From: an uncultured bacterium
GTDB taxonomy: Bacteria > Patescibacteriota > Minisyncoccia > UBA6257 > 2-01-FULL-56-20
DNA length: 64,000 bases
Direction of reading: 5' to 3'
Assembly: GCA_963696395.1 (NCBI GenBank)
Contig: CAVOJZ010000002.1
Location: 6,433-70,432 of the forward strand
Shown here: in pieces, positions 29,041-38,413 of the stretch
How positions within the stretch are numbered: position 1 is the stretch's first letter
Layout: the number at the start of each line of letters is the position of its first letter
Position numbers and translations under genes: made by a program
Notes under the pieces: model-generated
Told to the model about the DNA's origin: nothing
The model's input: the letters and a program-made list of their open reading frames with translations, nothing else
The model's database searches: none

Positions 29041-29259
29041 ATGAAACGACTCTATTTTTCGATTGACGGCTGCCAATTCGTGTCTGACCCGCTCACTCTT
29101 GAAAAGGCTCGCGAGGTAGAAAGTGTGCTGAAGACATGTGGGATCGTCTGCCGCTCTGCAGATGGCAACCTCACGGTGGTCGTGACAAGCGAAGCGGAAC
29201 GAGCGGCTGTCATGGTCGAAAGCTTCCTCCGGTTGGGGAAAGACAGCATCGGCCAGTAA
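29041..29259 (+). CDS. Small hypothetical protein (72 aa)
   Basis: GGAGA lies 7 nt upstream of the ATG. TTGACA at 28972. A terminator follows. Confidence 0.4.
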   Translation: MKRLYFSIDGCQFVSDPLTLEKAREVESVLKTCGIVCRSADGNLTVVVTSEAERAAVMVESFLRLGKDSIGQ

Positions 29260-29276
29260 GCAATTTACTCCTATAA

Positions 29277-29303
29277 GCCCCGCGTTCTTGCGGGGTTTTT
29301 CTT
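29277..29303 (+). terminator. Intrinsic terminator
   Basis: AGCCCCGC-gttctt-GCGGGG followed by TTTTT. Confidence 0.6.
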
Positions 29304-29368
29304 ATGTTCAGCTTGTGCTTTCTTATATCTTTGTTAGTATTGAGAAAGTTTTTATATGGGGGTGAACT

Positions 29369-30355
29369 TTGTCAAAACGAAAATCCAGCACAGAGCGAGC
29401 CTTCGATTCCATTTTAGAAATCGTTGGTACGTTGCAACCGGAATTTGAAGAAATTTTTCGAACTCTTGTGGTTACGACCCGTTCTTTCATCTCTTTCTGC
29501 AATTCGGAAAGTGATTCGGAGCGAAAACGGCAGATGCAAGATGAAATTGCAGATGTATTTGTAAAAAATGTCAGAATCAGCAAAAAGCTTGAAGATGTCA
29601 TCCGGCCAGGCCTTTTGAGACTCGAGAGCGAGATCCGACGATTTGAAACGCAACGCGATGAATCGCGGCGCGTCACACGTAACCTCGCGAGGAGAAACAG
29701 AAAAATTCGGGCGAAAGGGCGCCAGGATGTTCTCCTGACTAAATTGCTCAACAAAAAAGCTTTTGCCGAGGAATTTCTTTCTTTGCTTGCAGGTCCCCAC
29801 CGCAGAGGCTTTGAACAATCTCTGTCACATGGCTTTTCGGCTTATTGCCTCCTGGATCTGAAAAAGTTCAAACAGATCAACGACCGAACTCGAAGTCATG
29901 AGATTGGAGACAAAGTGCTCAAACACATTGAATCCTGCATGGTGGAGAGCATCCGTACCGAGCACGAGGGCGACATCCTGGGACGGGTGGGAGGAGACGA
30001 ATTTGGCGTTCTCATGCAGGGCCTCTCGGGCCGTGAACCCATTTTCGAAATTCTTCGGCGCTTCCGGCGTGCCGTGAGAGATCATGGTTGGATCGACCGC
30101 CAGAAACTTCCCGTAACCTTGAAAGAAATGGTTGATGTGGACGCCGGCGTCATCTACTGGAAAAATATTGGCTCTTTGCCGGCAAAGCAATCTTCTGCGA
30201 AGCTTCGGACAGAGATCGAATTTTACGGAGATGAAGCAATGTACCGAGCAAAGAATTTTAGTAGTCACGGGGCAGTGATCTGCTGGGAGGGCGTGTTAAA
30301 AAACGGTAAATTTCGCCTTCTGAACAAAGAGACAAGCGGACCTGAATTATTGTGA
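29369..30355 (+). CDS. GGDEF-domain protein (putative diguanylate cyclase) with N-terminal helical/coiled-coil region
   Basis: LLDLKKFKQINDRTRSHEIGDKVLK...GRVGGDEFGVLM...YRAKNFSS are canonical GGDEF-domain blocks. TTG start. No RxxD I-site. Confidence 0.8.
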   Translation: MSKRKSSTERAFDSILEIVGTLQPEFEEIFRTLVVTTRSFISFCNSESDSERKRQMQDEIADVFVKNVRISKKLEDVIRPGLLRLESEIRRFETQRDESRRVTRNLARRNRKIRAKGRQDVLLTKLLNKKAFAEEFLSLLAGPHRRGFEQSLSHGFSAYCLLDLKKFKQINDRTRSHEIGDKVLKHIESCMVESIRTEHEGDILGRVGGDEFGVLMQGLSGREPIFEILRRFRRAVRDHGWIDRQKLPVTLKEMVDVDAGVIYWKNIGSLPAKQSSAKLRTEIEFYGDEAMYRAKNFSSHGAVICWEGVLKNGKFRLLNKETSGPELL

Positions 30356-30382
30356 GCGCGTCGCATGACGCGCTTTTTTTTA
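30355..30382 (+). terminator. Intrinsic terminator
   Basis: AGCGCGTC-gcat-GACGCGCT followed by T8. Confidence 0.65.
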
Positions 30383-30409
30383 TCGGAAAAATGCGCTATA
30401 CTAGGCGAC

Positions 30410-31870
30410 ATGCTCGGCGATAAAGTGATTATCCGCTTTTCCGGAGTCTCGTTCGAATATGGACGGAAGCCAATCCTCCACGAGGCGGATTTTTCTGTGC
30501 GCGAAGGATCGAAGATAACACTCATGGGCCAAAACGGCGCAGGCAAGACAACCATATTCCAATTGATCACGGGCGTGCTGAAGCCGGAGGACGGGGCGAT
30601 CCACATTGACCGTGGGCTTACCATGGCGATAAGCCGGCAAGTGATCCCCCGCGACCAGATGGATCTCACGGTTCAGGAATTTTTTGAAAAAGCTTTCCCG
30701 AAAAAAGTTTACGACATTGCCCCGCGGATCAACAAAATCCTCGAGGTGGTTCACCTCACAGCCGCGCTCGATAAGCCGCTTCGTTCATTTTCCGGTGGCC
30801 AACATGCACGATTGCTGCTTGCGCAAGCGCTCATCCAAAATCCCGACATTCTTCTCCTCGACGAGCCGACCAACAACCTGGACAAACAAGGGATAGCCCA
30901 CCTTACGCAGTTCCTGATCGATTACCCGAAAACGTGTATTGTTATTTCGCACGACGCAGGATTTTTGAACTCCTTCACCCACGGCGTTCTTTATCTCGAT
31001 AGCTTCACAAAAAAAGTTGAGCAGTATACCGGCGATTATTTCGACGTCGTGGAGGAAATCAAGAAACGCCTGGAACGGGAACGCATGAAGAATGTCCGTC
31101 TTGAAAAAGACATCCAGCACCGAAAAGACCAGGCAAACTTTTTCGCACAAAAAGGCGGCCATATGCGCGACGTTGCGCGAAAAATGAACGAGAAGATTGA
31201 GGAGCTCGAAGGCGATATCGTTGAAACTCGCCAGGAAGACAGAACAATTCGGCAATTTGCGATCCCCTGCCAGGCCGACATCAGCGGCCAGATTCTTAAA
31301 CTGGAATCTGTTTCGATTATGAATCTGAAAACGCACAAGCCGACAGTCAAAAAAATTAAGGTGGTGACGCTGAAGAAAAAAGAGCGGCTTTTGTTGTCCG
31401 GTCCGAACGGCATCGGTAAGACGACGCTTCTCGAGAAGCTCGCAACCGGCCACGCAAAAGGTGAGCATATCACACCCGGCATCAAGATCAGTTATTACCG
31501 CCAGGATTTTTCCACGCTCGATTTTGATAAAACCGTATACGACACCCTTGCAGACGCCATGAAAGATGGAACCGACCAAAACCTCCGTTCCACTGCCGCC
31601 GGATTTTTGCTCGATGCAGAGATATTGAAAATGCGGATTGGATCGCTCTCCGAGGGTCAAAAAGGTCTTGTCGCATTCGCCGCAATATCACTTGAGCGGC
31701 CGGGGCTTTTAATCCTCGACGAGCCGACAAATCACATCAATTTTCGCCACATCCCCATAATCGCCAAAGCACTCGATATGTACGAAGGTGCGATGGTGCT
31801 CGTGAGCCACGTTCCCGAATTTGTGAAACAGATTAAAATCGACCAGGTCCTGGATCTCGAAGCTATTTAA
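30410..31870 (+). CDS. ABC-F family ATPase (two ABC cassettes, no TMD)
   Basis: Two Walker A motifs (GQNGAGKTT; GPNGIGKTT), two signature motifs (SGGQ; SEGQ), an inter-domain linker and no membrane domain. Confidence 0.85.
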   Translation: MLGDKVIIRFSGVSFEYGRKPILHEADFSVREGSKITLMGQNGAGKTTIFQLITGVLKPEDGAIHIDRGLTMAISRQVIPRDQMDLTVQEFFEKAFPKKVYDIAPRINKILEVVHLTAALDKPLRSFSGGQHARLLLAQALIQNPDILLLDEPTNNLDKQGIAHLTQFLIDYPKTCIVISHDAGFLNSFTHGVLYLDSFTKKVEQYTGDYFDVVEEIKKRLERERMKNVRLEKDIQHRKDQANFFAQKGGHMRDVARKMNEKIEELEGDIVETRQEDRTIRQFAIPCQADISGQILKLESVSIMNLKTHKPTVKKIKVVTLKKKERLLLSGPNGIGKTTLLEKLATGHAKGEHITPGIKISYYRQDFSTLDFDKTVYDTLADAMKDGTDQNLRSTAAGFLLDAEILKMRIGSLSEGQKGLVAFAAISLERPGLLILDEPTNHINFRHIPIIAKALDMYEGAMVLVSHVPEFVKQIKIDQVLDLEAI

Positions 31871-32885
31871 AGAGACCGGCAAGCCTCGAAAGCAGGTTAT
31901 AATTTGAGGGATATCCCGCAAGTTCCATATAGCCGACGCCGCGCACTTTTTTCCTGCCAATCATCCCCTGCACCTCAATCGGCCCCTCCCAATAATTAAT
32001 AGTTCCAAAAATCATTTCCCCGTCACGGACAAGCGCTGACGTTTTGAGTTTTATTTTTTTTCCGGGAACGGCGATCGTCCACGCGAGCGGATAACTCACA
32101 TTCGTAACTTTGCTTTTCCATGCTTTTTTCCCCTCTTTGAATTGTGCAGTCCGATAATCCGCCGCAGCTCCATGCGCATTAAGCACGTCGATAATGTAAT
32201 CTTTTCCTTTTCCGTCGTCATAGGCAACGCACATCAGGTCGGTGCCGTCATCAAGCTGGATCGAGAACCATGTCCATTTATCCTTTGCATACGGCGTATT
32301 GGCCCACTGATGGTCCATCCACGATTTTCCGGAAACCGAAATCCATTTTTTTCCTATCCTGATTTTCCCGGTTGTCTCGAAATTGGTCAATGAATAATAG
32401 AAACTTTCCCGACGGCGAACCGTGATAAACCCTTTGCCGCCTTCGAGCATGGGTCGTTTCTTCGAAACAAGAACAAGATCGATGCGATCGGTTTTTATAT
32501 GAAATGTTCCGGGTTTAATTTCTGCAATTTCGTACGTCCCTTTTGAAACCGCGACCGGATCTATGTAGCGAGCGTAAAACAGCGCTTTCTTAAAACTGTC
32601 GCGGGAGGCAATAGAAATGTTCTGAATGTCTTTATAATTTTTCCGCCGGCCGATATCCGTGAGTGCGGCGTGGGCGAACGTAACATGGCGGCCTGCCTTG
32701 GCTTGTCCAAAAAAATTCTTCAAATACGGTATTTCGACTTTCGCCAGATCGGCGCGGAAAAGACAATCCATAAATGAATACTGGCGACCCTTCTCGTCGG
32801 TAAGATGACCGTTAAAATACCACCATTCAATGATGGTATCGTGAGGATTGGTATCTTCCGGCAATTGTATCCGACGGCTTTCCAT
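31863..32885 (-). CDS. AttH/CrtC-like lipocalin-fold protein (hydroxyneurosporene synthase-like)
   Basis: NPHDTIIEWWYFNGHLTDEKGRQYSF is the N-terminal signature of the AttH/CrtC family. Confidence 0.65.
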   Translation of the reverse strand: MESRRIQLPEDTNPHDTIIEWWYFNGHLTDEKGRQYSFMDCLFRADLAKVEIPYLKNFFGQAKAGRHVTFAHAALTDIGRRKNYKDIQNISIASRDSFKKALFYARYIDPVAVSKGTYEIAEIKPGTFHIKTDRIDLVLVSKKRPMLEGGKGFITVRRRESFYYSLTNFETTGKIRIGKKWISVSGKSWMDHQWANTPYAKDKWTWFSIQLDDGTDLMCVAYDDGKGKDYIIDVLNAHGAAADYRTAQFKEGKKAWKSKVTNVSYPLAWTIAVPGKKIKLKTSALVRDGEMIFGTINYWEGPIEVQGMIGRKKVRGVGYMELAGYPSNYNLLSRLAGLFK

Positions 32886-32900
32886 GAAATCGCTATAGCG

Positions 32901-34136
32901 CTAACGACGACGACCGGAACGATAAGGAGGTCGCTGGCCCGGCCTACGATAGCCTCGTTGAGGGCGGCGTTGTTCCCGTTCCATCACAGGTGGAGGAAAA
33001 GACGAAGGTGGCGGAGGCGGCAGTACCGGCGTGCGGGTCACTGGCAACGTTGATCGCGTGAGGCGTTCAATGGCCTGGACGTCGCGGCGCTCATCCGGGC
33101 GGGCAAACGAAATGGCGTGGCCCTTGCCTCCGGCGCGGCCGGTACGGCCGATGCGATGAACGTAGTCCTCGGCAACCGTTGGAAGATCGTAATTGATGAC
33201 AAGTTCGATGTTGTGCACGTCAATGCCCCGCGCCGCGATATCGGTTGCAGCAAGCACGCGGTATTTGCCGTTCTTGAATCCATCCAAAGCTTCGCGGCGT
33301 TGGTTAAGCGAGCGGTTCGAATGCATCTCGGCCGCGGTATGTCCAAGAGAACGAAGGTGCGCCGCGATTTTCTTAGCTGCAAATTTTGTCCTCGAAAAAA
33401 TCAGAACCGATCCACGATATTCCTGTAAAATCTTTTCCAGCAATCTCGGCTTTTCCGGCTGAGTTACGATAAAAAGTTCCTGTGTCACGTCTTTGGCTGC
33501 GGTTCCGGGGCGGGCAATTTCCACACGCACCGGAAGCTTTAAAAATGCCCGGGCCATGGAAACGATTGATTCCGGCATCGTTGCCGAAAAAAGCATCGTC
33601 TGCCGCTCGTGAGGCAGCACCGCAAGAATTCGCTTGAGCTGCGGCGCAAAGCCCATGTCGAGCATGCGATCGGCTTCATCGAGAACGACGACACTTACTG
33701 CTTTCAAATTTACGGTTTTCTGTTCCAGATGATCAATAAGCCTTCCGGGCGTTGCGAGGAGAATCTGAGGCTTTCGATCGAGATCTCGCAGTTGCTTTCT
33801 GATCGGCTCACCGCCGATAAGCACTGCGGTTTTGATTCCCAAAAATCCTCCAACACTGCGAAGCGATTCATCAACCTGCACCGCAAGCTCCCGCGTCGGC
33901 AAAAGAACAAGCGCACGACGACGGCTGTCGGCCAAAATACTCTGGATTAAAGGAATCCCGAATGCGAGCGTTTTCCCCGTGCCGGTTTGAGCGATGCCCA
34001 TCATATCTTTCCCTTCGATCGCCTGCGGAATCGATTGCTGTTGAATCGGCGTCGGCTCCGTAAAGTGAAGCTTATCGAGAACCGAAAGAATATTCGGTGC
34101 GATGCCAAGGCCGCGGAAACTTGATTGATTGTTCAT
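32901..34136 (-). CDS. DEAD-box ATP-dependent RNA helicase
   Basis: AQTGTGKT, PTRELA, DEAD, SAT and HRIGRTGRAG motifs. C-terminal RG-rich tail. Confidence 0.9.
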   Translation of the reverse strand: MNNQSSFRGLGIAPNILSVLDKLHFTEPTPIQQQSIPQAIEGKDMMGIAQTGTGKTLAFGIPLIQSILADSRRRALVLLPTRELAVQVDESLRSVGGFLGIKTAVLIGGEPIRKQLRDLDRKPQILLATPGRLIDHLEQKTVNLKAVSVVVLDEADRMLDMGFAPQLKRILAVLPHERQTMLFSATMPESIVSMARAFLKLPVRVEIARPGTAAKDVTQELFIVTQPEKPRLLEKILQEYRGSVLIFSRTKFAAKKIAAHLRSLGHTAAEMHSNRSLNQRREALDGFKNGKYRVLAATDIAARGIDVHNIELVINYDLPTVAEDYVHRIGRTGRAGGKGHAISFARPDERRDVQAIERLTRSTLPVTRTPVLPPPPPSSFPPPVMEREQRRPQRGYRRPGQRPPYRSGRRR

Positions 34137-34546
34137 TCGGATAAATAGGCGTCGAGCGTCTTATGGATATCGCCGACCAGCTTTCGCAAGGACACGCGCC
34201 GCTTCCAAAACGTATTATTTTCGGAAAGGTCGGCTTTGCGAATGAGGCTGAGTTCGCGGATAGCAACAAAACGGTCGTGCCCAAGGTCGTCGGTCGTCCG
34301 GACATCAAGATCTTTGATGCCCTGGTGAATTTGCTTCAAGACCGCATACTTTGGAGAAATTTCTGCGGCGCGGCTCCCCTTTCCCGTGCTATTAAAGAAG
34401 ATGGCAAAGGACGGCGTCGATTCAACGAACTCAACAAAGTGATGTAATGAAACAAAAAACGTGAAGCCCTCCGGAGCTTCACGGACTTTTTTAACTTTTT
34501 GATCGAGGCCCGTTTTTATCTTCTCTGCACTCTGTACTGGCGACAT
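34133..34546 (-). CDS. Hypothetical protein
   Basis: ORF 34133..34660 trimmed to M39 to avoid overlap with cyoE. No recognisable motifs. Confidence 0.35.
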   Translation of the reverse strand: MSPVQSAEKIKTGLDQKVKKVREAPEGFTFFVSLHHFVEFVESTPSFAIFFNSTGKGSRAAEISPKYAVLKQIHQGIKDLDVRTTDDLGHDRFVAIRELSLIRKADLSENNTFWKRRVSLRKLVGDIHKTLDAYLSE

Positions 34547-34578
34547 GCCCCAATGATAACACGAATCAGGGATAATAG

Positions 34579-35472
34579 CTATGCGATTGCCCCAATCGCA
34601 ATCGTTGCAAAAAGTATGACCATCACCGCAAGCGAAAAGAAAAACATTCTCTTTGCCCATTGGGTATTCGCCTGTGGATCATTAACGGTAAAACCGCTCG
34701 CGCTCATGGCAATCCAAGCGAGTCCAAGGACAAGCGTGATACCAAGATAGACTGCACCGGTATAGCCAAAAACAGTGAGAAGTGAGGCGGTAAATACAAA
34801 AGCGACAATATCGAGCAGCGTCGCGATTTTTGTTTTTTGCATTCCCCGCTTTATCGGGAAAACAGGGATTCCCGCGGCATCATAATCACCGACTCTCCGG
34901 ATCGCAATTGCATAGAAATGCGGGAGTTGCCACAACGCAAGCATAAAAAAGAGGATCACGGCCGCATCATCAATGCGACCGCTCACCGCACAATATCCGA
35001 CAACCGGCGGCGTAGCACCGGCAATCGCTCCGATAACAGTCCCGAAAATCGAACGGCGTTTAAACCATAAGCTGTACATGAATACATAAAAGAAAAATCC
35101 GAGTGCCGCCGCGCCCACGGTCGGCAAATTTGTAAAAAGAAAAAGGATGCCGAATCCGGCGATGCCGAGGACAGTGCCGAATGAGAGTGCTCCCGAACCC
35201 GAGACGCGACCCGTGACAATCGCACGATTTCTGGTTCGATCCATATGCGCATCTATGTCGCGGTCAATATAGTTGTTGAATACGCATCCGGACGCCATCA
35301 CGAGGCATATGCCCGCAATGGTTGCGACAAGTAACGGGAGGGCGATCATCGGCTGTAATCCCTGCCTTCCCGCAACAACACCTTCGGCAAGCATAAACCC
35401 GGCAATAACCGTGACGAGATTGCCGAACACCAGTCCGGATTTGGTTAATTCGTAATATGGTTTGATTGCCAT
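34579..35472 (-). CDS. cyoE: Protoheme IX farnesyltransferase (heme O synthase)
   Basis: UbiA-family polytopic protein immediately downstream of cyoABCD. Confidence 0.85.
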   Translation of the reverse strand: MAIKPYYELTKSGLVFGNLVTVIAGFMLAEGVVAGRQGLQPMIALPLLVATIAGICLVMASGCVFNNYIDRDIDAHMDRTRNRAIVTGRVSGSGALSFGTVLGIAGFGILFLFTNLPTVGAAALGFFFYVFMYSLWFKRRSIFGTVIGAIAGATPPVVGYCAVSGRIDDAAVILFFMLALWQLPHFYAIAIRRVGDYDAAGIPVFPIKRGMQKTKIATLLDIVAFVFTASLLTVFGYTGAVYLGITLVLGLAWIAMSASGFTVNDPQANTQWAKRMFFFSLAVMVILFATIAIGAIA

Positions 35473-35473
35473 T

Positions 35474-35839
35474 CTAAAAACCTCCTTGTTGTTGCTGCAT
35501 GTATTGGTCGACTTGGGCCGGCGTCATGTTGTAATTCAGGTGATCCATGATCCAGATGGATCCGATAACAATGATAAGGACGAGCCCTATTGTGGCAAGG
35601 AAAATTCCAAGCTGTGAACGCCCTCCCTCTTTTGCATTAAGATGCAGAAAGAAAATGAGTTGGACGATGAGCTGAATCACGGCAAGCGCAAGAATCGTGG
35701 GGATGAGAACCGCATGGGATATTACCGAGTGCTCGGAACTTACGTGGATTTGCACCACAAGATATGCGGCGAGGGTAAGCAAAATCGAAAGCACATAACC
35801 GACGACGTACGATATGGTGGAATGATTATTGTTTTCCAT
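35474..35839 (-). CDS. cyoD: Cytochrome o quinol oxidase subunit IV
   Basis: 121 aa, 3 TM, position in operon. Confidence 0.7.
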   Translation of the reverse strand: MENNNHSTISYVVGYVLSILLTLAAYLVVQIHVSSEHSVISHAVLIPTILALAVIQLIVQLIFFLHLNAKEGGRSQLGIFLATIGLVLIIVIGSIWIMDHLNYNMTPAQVDQYMQQQQGGF

Positions 35840-35846
35840 GTCAGTG

Positions 35847-36419
35847 TTACAACGCGATGCCCATCAGATACACGATGGTAAATATAAATATCCAGATCAG
35901 ATCCAGGAAATGCCAAAAAATCGCAAGGCGATCCAGTTTTGAGATAGTTGATGGCGTGAGTCCCCGAACTTTGATTTGCACCATGGCGACAAGCATCCAC
36001 AACAGGCCGACCGCAATATGTAAGCCGTGAGTACCAACGAGGGTGAAGAAGGCGGAAAGAAATGCATTCGCCTGCGGGCCATTGCCGCCAGCGACCAATC
36101 GTGAAAATTCATTAAGCTCGAGAACCAGGAATGTAGCCCCAAACGCCATCGTGACGCCGAACCACGCCATCGCCTGATTGATTTTTCCACGATGGACGGC
36201 GATTGTCGCGAGACCGCAGGTAAAACTGCTCGTGAGTAAAATCAGGGTTTCCGTAAGCGCACCGTTCAGACTAAACAATGCATCGCCCGAAGGACCGCCG
36301 AAAGTATTATTCCGCAGGACCGCGTACGCCGCGAAAAGCGCCGCGAAAATAACAAGGTCGGTCATCAAATAGATCCAGAACCCGAAAATATATTTATCGT
36401 TTGTCTCGGGATTTTTCAT
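35847..36419 (-). CDS. cyoC: Cytochrome o quinol oxidase subunit III
   Basis: 190 aa, 5 TM, heme-copper oxidase subunit III-like. Confidence 0.85.
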   Translation of the reverse strand: MKNPETNDKYIFGFWIYLMTDLVIFAALFAAYAVLRNNTFGGPSGDALFSLNGALTETLILLTSSFTCGLATIAVHRGKINQAMAWFGVTMAFGATFLVLELNEFSRLVAGGNGPQANAFLSAFFTLVGTHGLHIAVGLLWMLVAMVQIKVRGLTPSTISKLDRLAIFWHFLDLIWIFIFTIVYLMGIAL

Positions 36420-38407
36420 GAGCGTTGTCGGGCAAGTTCCAATCGTTCGACCTCGGCAGCCGGCAATACATACTCGGTCTCCTCATCGAATGAACGAACG
36501 ATGAGGCACGTAATGGCGCCCACGAGGCCAAGAGCGGCAAGCCAGACGATATGCCAAACCATTGCAAATCCAAACAGAAAGACAAACCCCGAAAGATAAA
36601 TTGCCATTGCGGTATTTTTTGGTAACACAATGTCTTCATACTTCATCGGTGCCGCACGCCCCGCACTTCCTTCGAGTTGCTTTTGTTTTTTCATTTCCCA
36701 AAAAGCCTCGCGGCTGTGAACCTCCGGGATGACCGCAAAATTATAAAATGGCGCGGGCGATGCCGTTGACCATTCGAGCGATCGGCCGTTCCATGGATCG
36801 CCCGTGGTGTCCGTGTTTTCCTTTCGCTCCTTGACGCTCACGATCACCTGTATCACCTGCACAATAAATCCTGCGGCGATGATACAAACTCCGATGGCGG
36901 CGATGATGAAAAACGGCTGGAATCCTGTTGAGGCGTCGTAGTTATCGAGCCGCCGCTGGGCACCCATCGCTCCCAGAATGTAGAGCGGCGTGAATGACGT
37001 GAAGAATCCAACCAGCCACAACCAGAAAGCACGCTTCCCCCATTTCTCGTTAAGCTTGAATCCCATCACCTTGGGGAACCAATACGTAATGCCGGCGAAA
37101 ATGCCGAAAAGCGCGCCGCCAACGATCATCGTGTGGAAGTGCGCAACAAGGAATAGCGTGTTGTGCAGCTGGTAGTCTGCCGCCGGCGAGGCGAGCAAAA
37201 CTCCCGCCATACCGCCGAACGTGAATGTGCTAATAAAACCAATAAACCAATACATCGGTGTTTTAAAGGTGATCCTCCCGCGAAACATGGTGAGAATCCA
37301 GTTAAACATCTGAACACCGGTCGGTATGGCGATAAGCATGGTCGAAATGCCGAAAACAGCATTCACGTCCGCGCCCGAGCCCATGGTGAAAAAATGATGA
37401 AGCCAAACAAGGCATGCGAGGAGCGTGACAGACAACGTTGCACACACCATCGAAACATATCCATAGACACGCTTCTGTGAAAACGTTGCAACGACTTCCG
37501 AGTAGATTCCGAACGCGGGGATGACAAGAATGTAGACCTCCGGATGACCCCACATCCAGATGAGATTCACATACATCATTGGATTGCCGCCGAAGCCCGA
37601 AGTGAAAAAATGCATTCCGAAAAAACGATCGAGCCACAATAGCGTGATGGTCGCCGTGAGCACCGGGAACGTCGCAACAACAAGCGCCATACTTGCAAGC
37701 GTTGTCCAGACGAACATCGGCATCTTCATCAGCGTCATGCCCGGAGCGCGCATTTTTATGATGGTGACAAGAAAATTAATTCCTCCCAAAAGACTCCCAA
37801 GGCCGGAGATCTGCAGACTCCATATCCAATAATCCATTCCGGCACCGGGACTATAAACCAGCTCCGATAGCGGCGGCAGGGAAAGCCAGCCAGCGGCAGC
37901 AAACTGTCCACCCACCGCAAAGAACATATTAATGAGCAAGGCGCCGGCAACGTACAGCCAAAATCCGAGCGAATTGAGAAAAGGATACGCCAGGTCGCGC
38001 GCGCCAATCTGGAGAGGGATAATCAAATTCATAAAGCCGATGAAGAATCCCATCGCGACAAAGAAAACCATGATATCACCGTGCGCGGTAAAGATCTGCT
38101 GGAAATGGCCCGCGTCAAGATAACCGTGCGACGCACCAACCGACATCGCCTGCTGCGCCCAGATCATGGCGGCGTCCAATCCCCCACGGAAAAACATGAC
38201 GGCCGCAACGATGATATACATTACGCCGATTTTTTTCGGGTCGGTCGAGGTAAGCCACTCTTTCCAAAGCCATTTCCATCGCTTGTAATAGGTGACAACC
38301 GAAGCGGCAGCCACCCCCATAAGGAGGATCGTCGCCGTCGCACCAATCGTATACCATGCGTGAGGTATCGCATCCAACGTGAGGTTCCCAAAAATAAAGT
38401 GTTCCAT
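36416..38407 (-). CDS. cyoB: Cytochrome o quinol oxidase subunit I
   Basis: 663 aa with heme-copper oxidase subunit I motifs (WMWGHPEVYILVIPAFG; HHFFTMG). Confidence 0.9.
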   Translation of the reverse strand: MEHFIFGNLTLDAIPHAWYTIGATATILLMGVAAASVVTYYKRWKWLWKEWLTSTDPKKIGVMYIIVAAVMFFRGGLDAAMIWAQQAMSVGASHGYLDAGHFQQIFTAHGDIMVFFVAMGFFIGFMNLIIPLQIGARDLAYPFLNSLGFWLYVAGALLINMFFAVGGQFAAAGWLSLPPLSELVYSPGAGMDYWIWSLQISGLGSLLGGINFLVTIIKMRAPGMTLMKMPMFVWTTLASMALVVATFPVLTATITLLWLDRFFGMHFFTSGFGGNPMMYVNLIWMWGHPEVYILVIPAFGIYSEVVATFSQKRVYGYVSMVCATLSVTLLACLVWLHHFFTMGSGADVNAVFGISTMLIAIPTGVQMFNWILTMFRGRITFKTPMYWFIGFISTFTFGGMAGVLLASPAADYQLHNTLFLVAHFHTMIVGGALFGIFAGITYWFPKVMGFKLNEKWGKRAFWLWLVGFFTSFTPLYILGAMGAQRRLDNYDASTGFQPFFIIAAIGVCIIAAGFIVQVIQVIVSVKERKENTDTTGDPWNGRSLEWSTASPAPFYNFAVIPEVHSREAFWEMKKQKQLEGSAGRAAPMKYEDIVLPKNTAMAIYLSGFVFLFGFAMVWHIVWLAALGLVGAITCLIVRSFDEETEYVLPAAEVERLELARQRS

Positions 38408-38413
38408 TGGTCG

